From: a virus
Taxonomy: Duplodnaviria; Heunggongvirae; Uroviricota; Caudoviricetes
Length of the DNA: 4,570 nucleotides
Direction: 5' to 3' (one strand)
Virus record (IMG/VR): IMGVR_UViG_2529292909_000015
Positions 1-4,570 of the stretch are shown here, piece after piece. The position numbers and the translations under genes were made by a program. Under the pieces are notes generated by a model. That model had not been told where the DNA came from. It did no database searches and saw only the letters and a program-made list of their open reading frames with translations. Numbering within the stretch: position 1 is the stretch's first letter; each line of letters starts with the position of its first letter.

Positions 1-330
1 ATGGTAAAATGTAATATAATAAACTTACTTTTTTATCATTTTTCCACTTTAACAACATTTTGCTCCACTTTTCCACGACCAAACAACTTGAAATCTGGTT
101 AAAATAACACGCAACACTATTCTTCTTCCTTGAGTCCGCCCGGAACTCGAAAAACAAACCGAGTTAAAGCCATTTTTCACAAAATCGATTTTGGGTCTCA
201 CCAAAGTTACGGGGTTGCATACGCATTCGTTTATTTTCGAACGTGTACATACAAATATGCACAAAAATAATCAAAATTATTTTCTGAGATGCATTATGAT
301 ATGAACACCAATTTCGTATAGAGTCTCACT

Positions 331-921
331 ATGTCTCGAATTTTTGCTTACTGTCGGATATCAACGCTGGATCAGACCACCGAAAATCAACGCCGGGAAA
401 TCGAAAGTGCAGGTTTTAAAATCAAACCTCAGCAAATAATCGAAGAACACATTAGCGGCTCAGCAGCAACCAGTGAGCGTCCTGGTTTTAACCGGTTGCT
501 TGCTCGCCTGAAATGTGGTGATCAATTGATTGTGACAAAACTGGATCGCCTTGGTTGTAATGCAATGGATATCAGGAAAACAGTGGAACAACTGACCGAA
601 ACAGGTATCAGAGTGCATTGCTTAGCATTGGGGGGCATTGACCTGACCAGTCCAACAGGAAAAATGATGATGCACGTAATTTCAGCAGTCGCTGAATTTG
701 AACGAGACCTTTTACTTGAACGCACTCATTCCGGGATAGTAAGAGCCCGCGGCGCAGGGAAACGTTTTGGTCGACCACCTGTGTTAAATGAAGAACAGAA
801 ACAGGTGGTATTCGAACGAATTAAGTCAGGTGTAAGTATAAGTGCCATTGCCCGGGAATTCAAAACCTCGCGGCAAACCATTTTAAGAGCCAAAGCAAAA
901 CTTCAGACACCTGACATATAA
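331..921 (+). CDS. pinQ: Serine recombinase, DNA invertase of the Pin/Gin/Hin/Cin family (196 aa)
   Basis: ORF 331-921 translates to [15 protein letters not shown]...; N-terminal resolvase/invertase catalytic domain with the conserved Y-x-R-x-S-T-x-x-Q motif (presumed catalytic Ser11) and a C-terminal helix-turn-helix ([20 protein letters not shown]). Recognised as the PinQ/PinR-type invertase of E. coli lambdoid cryptic prophages; the Q symbol is chosen from the Qin-like neighbourhood (nohA/ynfO/ydfO-like genes downstream). Confidence 0.9.
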   Translation: MSRIFAYCRISTLDQTTENQRREIESAGFKIKPQQIIEEHISGSAATSERPGFNRLLARLKCGDQLIVTKLDRLGCNAMDIRKTVEQLTETGIRVHCLALGGIDLTSPTGKMMMHVISAVAEFERDLLLERTHSGIVRARGAGKRFGRPPVLNEEQKQVVFERIKSGVSISAIAREFKTSRQTILRAKAKLQTPDI

Positions 922-1018
922 AAAATAATCTCGGTGTGAGATGCTTTACGTCTTCCAAGCCCCCTTCCTTGCCGTAAATGGAGAGATACATCTAATTATA
1001 GAATTTATATGTTTTACC

Positions 1019-1594
1019 CTACGGCAGTGCTGGCCATTCAATATCCGGTGCAGTTGATGTATCAACACGGTTCAGCAACACCCGATACTTTTTCCAGGCT
1101 TCCAGCAACAAGGTTTCTTCCTCCGTTGCGATCTCCAGATCCACAGCATCCTGAAGCGGCGCTATATGCTCACTGGCTATCTGCATCAGGCTGTTTTTTG
1201 TTTCTTCCGCCTCCCGGATCCGGAACAGTTTTTCTGCTTCCGTATCCTTCACCCAGGCTGTGCCGTTCCACTTCTGATATTCCCCTCCCGGCGATAACCA
1301 GGTAACATTTTCCGGTAACGGACCGAGTTCAGAAATAAATAACGCGTCCCCTGATGCCACGTCATAAACCGTTTTACCCCGATGATCTTCAACGAGATGC
1401 CACGATGCCTCATCACTGTTGAAAACAGCCACGAAGCCTGCCGGAATATCTGGCGGTGCAATATCGGTACTGTTTGCTGGCAGACCTGTATGAGGCGGAA
1501 TATATGCGTCACCTTCACCAATAAATTCATTAGTTCCGGCCAGCAGATTATAAATTTTTATGGTCCGTGGTTGTTCACTCATTCTGAATGCCAT
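1019..1594 (-). CDS. tfaQ: Tail fibre assembly protein (Tfa family chaperone, 191 aa)
   Basis: Minus-strand [27 protein letters not shown]...EWPALP recognised as the TfaQ/TfaR-type tail fibre assembly protein. ATG at 1594-1592 is preceded by a GAGG Shine-Dalgarno-like element and overlaps the stop of the upstream stf tip ORF (TAATG), indicating translational coupling. Stop codon TAG at 1021-1019. Confidence 0.88.
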   Translation of the reverse strand: MAFRMSEQPRTIKIYNLLAGTNEFIGEGDAYIPPHTGLPANSTDIAPPDIPAGFVAVFNSDEASWHLVEDHRGKTVYDVASGDALFISELGPLPENVTWLSPGGEYQKWNGTAWVKDTEAEKLFRIREAEETKNSLMQIASEHIAPLQDAVDLEIATEEETLLLEAWKKYRVLLNRVDTSTAPDIEWPALP

Positions 1595-2198
1595 TACGCA
1601 AGCCTCACAATATAGTTAAATGCGATGTTTTTGACGGTGTTTTCCGCGTTACCAGCAGCGTTAACGGTGATGGTATGTCCATGTGAACCAATCGCAACGG
1701 AGTGCGTATGAGCACCAATACCGACAGTATGTGCGTGTGCACCTGCGCTTGCAGCAGTACCCGATACAGAGTGCGTATGAGCGCCTGCAGAAGAAGTGTT
1801 AACACTGTATTTAGAATAATCAGGTGATCCACTTCCCGGAGCACCACTGGAACCACCTGAAACAAATGTCATCGAATGGGTATGTGCACCGGCTGTCCCC
1901 ATGCATTTACCGCCCGGACTGTCAGCCTGTAATTTCCCAGCGCCAGCTGCGTGAAGCGATATGTGGTTTCCGTCGTCCGGGCCGTGCTGACCAACCGCTC
2001 ACTGCCGTCGTCCGCTGCCACGGTCAGGCGAAGCATAAAGCTCACCCCCTTCACCACCTTCGGCGTGTCCCAGCGCGCCAGCACCTGGTATTCCCCGCTG
2101 TCTGCGGTGACTTCTGCGGTCAGGTGCTGAACTGCTGGCGGCGTGACACCATTCACCGTGCCGCTCTGGTCACCGTCAAAGTGCGCCCCGTTATCAGT
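1594..2198 (-). pseudogene. stfQ: Composite tail-fibre remnant: internal J-like (tail tip, fibronectin-III-like region) fragment (about 2198-1893) joined out of frame to the C-terminal receptor-binding tip of a side tail fibre protein Stf (about 1892-1594)
   Basis: Minus-strand frame open 2198-1872 encodes ...TVNGVTPPAVQHLTAEVTADSGEYQVLARWDTP...[27 protein letters not shown], which matches my recollection of an internal segment of lambda J, then runs into a stop after 7 unrelated codons. A different frame (open 1998-1597, ATG at 1902) encodes ...[10 protein letters not shown]...[10 protein letters not shown]...[50 protein letters not shown], the HxH-repeat C-terminal tip typical of lambda Stf / T4 gp37-type fibres. 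No N-terminal or shaft portion of Stf is present, and the two fragments are in different frames. Confidence 0.7.
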
Positions 2199-2698
2199 TC
2201 ATCCAGCGCGGCTGCTTTGTTCATGGCTTTGATGATATCCCGTTTCAGGAAATCAACATGTCGGTTTTCCAGTTCCGGAAAACGCCGCTGCACCGACAGG
2301 GGGATCCCGTCGAGAATACTGGCAATTTCACCTGCGATCCGCGACAGCACGAAAGTACAGAATGCGGTTTCCACCACTTCAGCGGAGTCTCTGGCATTTT
2401 TCAGCTCCTGTGCGTCGGCCTGCGCACGCGTAAGTCGATGGCGTTCGTACTCAATAGTCCCTGGCTGGAGATCTGTCTCGCTGGCCTGCCGCAGTTCTTC
2501 AACTTCCCGGCGCAGCTTTTCGTTCTCAATTTCAGCATCCCTTTCGGCATACCATTTTATGACGGCGGCAGAATCATAAAGCACCTCATTACCCTTGCCA
2601 CCGCCTCGCAGAACGGGCATTCCCTGTTCCTGCCAGTTCTGAATGGTACGGATACTCGCACCGAAAATGTCAGCCAGCTGCTTTTTGTTGACTTCCAT
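2153..2698 (-). CDS. nohA: Small terminase subunit Nu1 homologue (DNA-packaging protein NohA-like, 181 aa) with a non-native C-terminal tail
   Basis: Minus-strand ORF MEVNKKQLADIFGASIRTIQNWQEQGMPVLRGGGKGNEVLYDSAAVIKWYAERDAEIENEKLRREVEELRQ... is near-identical to lambda gpNu1 as I recall it, through ...KRDIIKAMNKAAALDELI; the last 10 residues (TGRTLTVTRAAR) diverge because the reading frame runs into J-like DNA. The N-terminal winged-HTH cosB-binding region is intact. Start ATG at 2698-2696, stop TGA at 2155-2153. Confidence 0.9.
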   Translation of the reverse strand: MEVNKKQLADIFGASIRTIQNWQEQGMPVLRGGGKGNEVLYDSAAVIKWYAERDAEIENEKLRREVEELRQASETDLQPGTIEYERHRLTRAQADAQELKNARDSAEVVETAFCTFVLSRIAGEIASILDGIPLSVQRRFPELENRHVDFLKRDIIKAMNKAAALDELITGRTLTVTRAAR

Positions 2699-2699
2699 T

Positions 2700-2915
2700 G
2701 TTCATTCCACGGACAAAAACAGAGAAAGGAAACGACAAAGGCCAAAAAGCCCGCTTTCAGCACCTGTCGTTTCCTTTCTTTTCAGGGGGTATTTTAAATA
2801 AAAACATTAAGTTACGACGAAGAAGAACGGAAACACCTTAAACCGGAAAATTTTCATAAATAGCGAAAACCCGCGAGGTCGCCGCCCCGTAACCTGTCGG
2901 ATCACCGGAAAGGAC
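2700..2915 (-). other. Lambda-type cos region: cosB (R1 about 2726-2741, R2 about 2763-2778, R3 about 2820-2838, A/T-rich IHF-type spacer between), cosN (2876-2887) and the cosQ-side right-end sequence (about 2888-2915)
   Basis: The reverse complement of 2698-2887 matches the lambda left end as I recall it (GGGCGGCGACCTCGCGGGTTTTCGCTATTTATGAAAATTTTCCGG...GAAAGGAAACGACAGGTGCTGAAAG...TGTCGTTTCCTTTCT...ATGGAAGTC) with only a few substitutions. The reverse complement of 2888-3086 matches the lambda right end (...GATGATAATCATTATCACTTTACGGGTCCTTTCCGGTGATCCGACAGGTTACG). The window therefore contains a closed (prophage-configuration) cos junction. Confidence 0.85.
2876..2887 (-). other. cosN cohesive-end sequence (5'-GGGCGGCGACCT-3' on the minus strand)
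   Basis: Plus strand 2876-2887 is AGGTCGCCGCCC, the exact reverse complement of the 12-nt lambda cohesive end, flanked by CGCGGG on the cosB side and CGTAACC on the cosQ side as in lambda. Confidence 0.85.
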
Positions 2916-3086
2916 CCGTAAAGTGATAATGATTATCATCTACATATCACAACGTGCGTGGAGGCCATCAAACCACGTCAAATAATCAATTATGACGCAG
3001 GTATCGTATTAATTGATCTGCATCAACTTAACGTAAAAACAACTTCAGACAATACAAATCAGCGACACTGAATACGGGGCAACCTC

Positions 3087-3320
3087 ATGTCAACGAAGAA
3101 CAGAACCCGCAGAACAACAACCCGCAACATCCGCTTTCCTAACCAAATGATTGAACAAATTAACATCGCTCTTGAGCAAAAAGGGTCCGGGAATTTCTCA
3201 GCCTGGGTCATTGAAGCCTGCCGCCGGAGACTGTGCTCAGAAAAAAGAGTTTCTTCTGAAGCAAACAAAGAAAAGAGTGACATTACTGAATTGCTCAGAA
3301 AACAGGTCAGACCAGATTGA
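3087..3320 (+). CDS. ynfO: Small basic protein, YnfO/YlcI-like (77 aa), predicted ribbon-helix-helix-like DNA-binding fold
   Basis: ORF MSTKNRTRRTTTRNIRFPNQMIEQINIALEQKGSGNFSAWVIEACRRRL...; Arg-rich N-terminal arm, then an alternating strand (RNIRFP), a helix ending in Gly (NQMIEQINIALEQKG) and a second helix (NFSAWVIEACRRRL), the pattern of Arc/MetJ/CopG RHH proteins. GGGG about 7 nt upstream of the ATG could serve as a Shine-Dalgarno. Position (first gene beyond cos, opposite strand to Nu1) and size fit the Qin ynfO / DLP12 ylcI class. The fold assignment is inference. Confidence 0.75.
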   Translation: MSTKNRTRRTTTRNIRFPNQMIEQINIALEQKGSGNFSAWVIEACRRRLCSEKRVSSEANKEKSDITELLRKQVRPD

Positions 3321-3362
3321 AGCAATTTAGATAATCGTGCAGACTACGCCCCCTCATATCAC

Positions 3363-3788
3363 ATGGAAGGTTTATCTATGGATCAGGTAGTCATTTTTAA
3401 ACAAATATTTGATAAAGTTCGAAACGATTTAAACTATCAATGGTTTTATTCTGAGCTAAAACGTCACAATGTCTCACATTACATTTACTATTTAGCCACA
3501 GAGAATGTTCATATTGTATTAAAAAATGATAATACAGTGTTATTAAAGGGCCTAAAAAACATTGTGTCTGTCAAATTTTCAAAGGATAGGCATCTTATAG
3601 AAACGACCTCTAATAAGCTGAAATCCAGAGAGATCACATTTCAGGAATACAGAAGAAACCTTGCTAAAGCAGGAGTTTTTCGGTGGGTTACAAATATCCA
3701 CGAACAAAAAAGATATTACTATACCTTTGATAATTCATTACTATTTACTGAAAGCATCCAGAAAACTACACAGATCTTACCACGCTAA
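3363..3788 (+). CDS. ydfO: YdfO/YbcV-like prophage accessory protein of unknown function (141 aa from ATG 3363; alternative start ATG 3378 gives 136 aa)
   Basis: [68 protein letters not shown]...QILPR; no predicted transmembrane segment and no catalytic motif I recognise. The internal ATG at 3378 has a much better Shine-Dalgarno (GGAAGG at 3365-3370, 7-nt spacer) than the first ATG. The gene is markedly AT-rich relative to the lambda-derived DNA to its left. I recall the YdfO/YbcV family as DUF1398, but that label is from memory. Confidence 0.8.
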
Positions 3789-3796
3789 ACCATAAC

Positions 3797-3825
3797 GTCC
3801 GGCTTCTCTCACTCCTGAGCCGGAC
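3797..3825 (+). other. Stem-loop immediately downstream of the ydfO-like stop (8-bp perfect stem GTCCGGCT/AGCCGGAC, 13-nt loop)
   Basis: Inverted repeat read directly: gtccggct (3797-3804) and agccggac (3818-3825). No U-tract follows, so it is not a canonical intrinsic terminator; it may be an RNA 3'-end stabiliser or a protein-binding site. Confidence 0.3.
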
Positions 3826-3894
3826 TGCATTGGTTTAATAAAAACCATCAACAATTGTGATTTAGATATTCGGAACCATTCAAATATAACAAAA

Positions 3895-3917
3895 CCCCGT
3901 AAAAACGAGGTTTATGG
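3895..3917 (-). terminator. Candidate intrinsic terminator for the minus-strand gnsB-like gene (weak, possibly bidirectional)
   Basis: Hairpin ccccgt-aaaa-acgagg (3895-3910; 5 of 6 stem positions pair) followed on the minus strand by a U-rich tract (TTTTGTTATATTTG) about 30 nt downstream of the gnsB-like stop codon; on the plus strand it is followed by TTTAT. Confidence 0.3.
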
Positions 3918-3939
3918 ATAAATTTTATTATTGAATACA

Positions 3940-4090
3940 TCAGATTAAATTAATCTTGACATCATAGCTTTCAAGACCCGTCATTTTTTCCCGTGCGGTA
4001 AACTGAATACTGGTAACTTCTTTCCCGGTCTTTTTCTTAAGTTCAATAATTTTTTTGTTATATATTCAGAAATATCTGCTTCTGCTTTTG
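3940..4090 (-). pseudogene. gnsB: gnsB-like gene remnant (GnsA/GnsB family): 5' end removed by the IS1 insertion and reading frame broken in a homopolymer run
   Basis: Minus-strand translation gives KAEADISEYITKK (frame ending at the A7 run, plus 4050-4056) and, one frame over, IIELKKKTGKEVTSIQFTAREKMTGLESYDVKINLI-stop (stop at 3942-3940). Joined, these align with the GnsA/GnsB sequence as I recall it (MNIEELKKQAETEIADFIAQKIAELNKNTGKEVSEIRFTAREKMTGLESYDVKIKIM). The first 8 or so codons and the promoter are replaced by the IS1 terminal inverted repeat, which begins at 4091. Confidence 0.6.
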
Positions 4091-4105
4091 GGTAATGACT
4101 CCAAC

Positions 4106-4570
4106 TTATTGATAGTGTTTTATGTTCAGATAATGCCCGATGACTTTGTCATGCAGCTCCACCGATTTTGAGAACGACAGCGACTTCCGTCCCAGCCGTG
4201 CCAGGTGCTGCCTCAGATTCAGGTTATGCCGCTCAATTCGCTGCGTATATCGCTTGCTGATTACGTGCAGCTTTCCCTTCAGGCGGGATTCATACAGCGG
4301 CCAGCCATCCGTCATCCATATCACCACGTCAAAGGGTGACAGCAGGCTCATAAGACGCCCCAGCGTCGCCATAGTGCGTTCACCGAATACGTGCGCAACA
4401 ACCGTCTTCCGGAGCCTGTCATACGCGTAAAACAGCCAGCGCTGGCGCGATTTAGCCCCGACGTATCCCCACTGTTCGTCCATTTCCGCGCAGACGATGA
4501 CGTCACTGCCCGGCTGTATGCGCGAGGTTACCGACTGCGGCCTGAGTTTTTTAAATGGCGGAAAATCGTG
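4106..4570 (-). CDS. insB: IS1 transposase InsB reading frame (insB', C-terminal 155 codons; 5' end outside window)
   Basis: Minus-strand frame reads [77 protein letters not shown]...[12 protein letters not shown]-stop, recognisable as IS1 InsB; stop TAA at 4108-4106. The ORF-track entry 4106-4483 is the Met-initiated portion of the same frame. Confidence 0.9.
   Translation of the reverse strand, partial: HDFPPFKKLRPQSVTSRIQPGSDVIVCAEMDEQWGYVGAKSRQRWLFYAYDRLRKTVVAHVFGERTMATLGRLMSLLSPFDVVIWMTDGWPLYESRLKGKLHVISKRYTQRIERHNLNLRQHLARLGRKSLSFSKSVELHDKVIGHYLNIKHYQ
4528..4570 (-). CDS. insA: IS1 InsA, C-terminal end (5' end outside window)
   Basis: Minus-strand frame reads ...[13 protein letters not shown]-stop with TAA at 4530-4528, matching the known InsA C-terminus that overlaps the start of the insB' frame. 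Confidence 0.8.
   Translation of the reverse strand, partial: TIFRHLKNSGRSR
4546..4552 (-). other. IS1 programmed -1 ribosomal frameshift motif (A6C) at the insA/insB' overlap
   Basis: Minus-strand sequence TTTAAAAAACTCAGG (plus strand GTTTTTT at 4546-4552) sits in the insA/insB' overlap, where IS1 is known to produce the InsAB' transposase by -1 frameshifting. Confidence 0.8.

Larger units (their letters stand above)
4091..4570 (-). mobile_element. IS1 insertion sequence, partial (right terminal inverted repeat at 4091-4113; element continues beyond the window end)
   Basis: 4091-4113 GGTAATGACTCCAACTTATTGAT is the IS1 terminal inverted repeat; the adjoining DNA encodes InsB and the 3' end of InsA on the minus strand, including the A6C frameshift motif. 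IS1 is about 768 bp, so roughly 290 bp lie outside the window. Confidence 0.95.

Noticed and set aside
85-107. hixL-like sequence AACTTGAAATCTGGTTAAAATAA
   Set aside because: The left half resembles TTCTTGAAAACC but the right half and the spacing to the core are poor, and there is no partner site in inverted orientation in the window.
1-264. Possible coding sequence in the pin upstream region: plus-strand frame open from position 1 to a stop at 109-111 (could be the 3' end of an upstream gene), a minus-strand frame open from 163 to the window edge (ATG at 58-56), and the 71-aa minus-strand ORF 49-264
   Set aside because: None gives a product I recognise; translations are low complexity and the region is AT-rich. 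I cannot tell from sequence alone whether a neighbouring gene (for example a ydfK/ynaE-type gene) ends or begins here, so no call is made.
267-300. Candidate pin promoter (-10-like TATGAT at 295-300) overlapping a hix-like half-site (TAATCAAAATTA)
   Set aside because: The -35 element is poor and the half-site matches only about 8 of 12 consensus positions and lacks the core-proximal AAACC; too weak to annotate as a feature, though noted under the orphan-invertase finding.
522-725. Minus-strand 67-aa ORF inside the pin gene
   Set aside because: Entirely antisense to the well-supported invertase CDS; no start-site signals or recognisable protein features.
919-944. gix-like core (AATCTCGGTGT resembling AACCTCGGTTT) just after the pin stop codon
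   Set aside because: The flanking half-sites match the invertase crossover-site consensus at only about 10 of 24 positions; most likely chance similarity or a heavily degraded relic.
1249-1865. Minus-strand ORFs 1249-1530 (93 aa) and 1605-1865 (86 aa)
   Set aside because: Alternative frames overlapping the tfa and stf-tip coding sequences on the same strand; the frames I accepted give proteins I recognise, these do not.
1824-2579. Long plus-strand ORF (251 aa) and neighbouring plus-strand ORFs 2258-2797 and 1009-1305, 1382-1615
   Set aside because: They lie antisense to the recognisable Nu1, J-like, Stf and Tfa coding sequences. Their products are low-complexity (Arg/Ser/Cys-rich) with no recognisable domain, as expected for antisense frames of GC-rich phage DNA.
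3059-3325. Minus-strand 88-aa ORF overlapping the ynfO-like gene
   Set aside because: Antisense to an ORF with a coherent RHH-like pattern and a plausible ribosome-binding site; no independent support.
4140-4430. Plus-strand 96-aa ORF inside IS1
   Set aside because: Antisense to insB within a well-characterised insertion sequence; IS1 is not known to encode a protein on this strand.
4501-4570. IS1 variant residues (InsB ...HDFPPFKK..., InsA ...TIFRHLK...) differing from the IS1 copy I remember (...DFTSLKK..., ...TILRHLK...)
   Set aside because: IS1 isoforms differ at several positions and my memory of the reference is not reliable to single residues; not evidence of anything unusual without an alignment.

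Overview
This window reads as a decayed lambdoid cryptic-prophage segment of the E. coli/Shigella Qin type, not as a demonstrably new system. In order: a serine DNA invertase gene (Pin), convergent with an intact tail-fibre assembly gene (tfa) that is translationally coupled to an orphaned side-tail-fibre C-terminal tip; an internal fragment of a J-like tail-tip protein fused out of frame; a lambda Nu1 (small terminase) homologue with a deletion-scarred C-terminus; an apparently complete lambda-type cos site; two AT-rich accessory genes (a 77-aa RHH-like YnfO-like protein and a 141-aa YdfO-like protein); a gnsB-like remnant that is both frameshifted and 5'-truncated; and the right end of an IS1 element running off the window. 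No CRISPR, tRNA or rRNA was seen. The best candidates for unexplored biology are the small gene pair next to cos, the orphan invertase and the retained cos site. All homology statements come from recognising translated ORFs and lambda/IS1 sequence from memory; no database search or computation was run, so gene symbols and family names are provisional.
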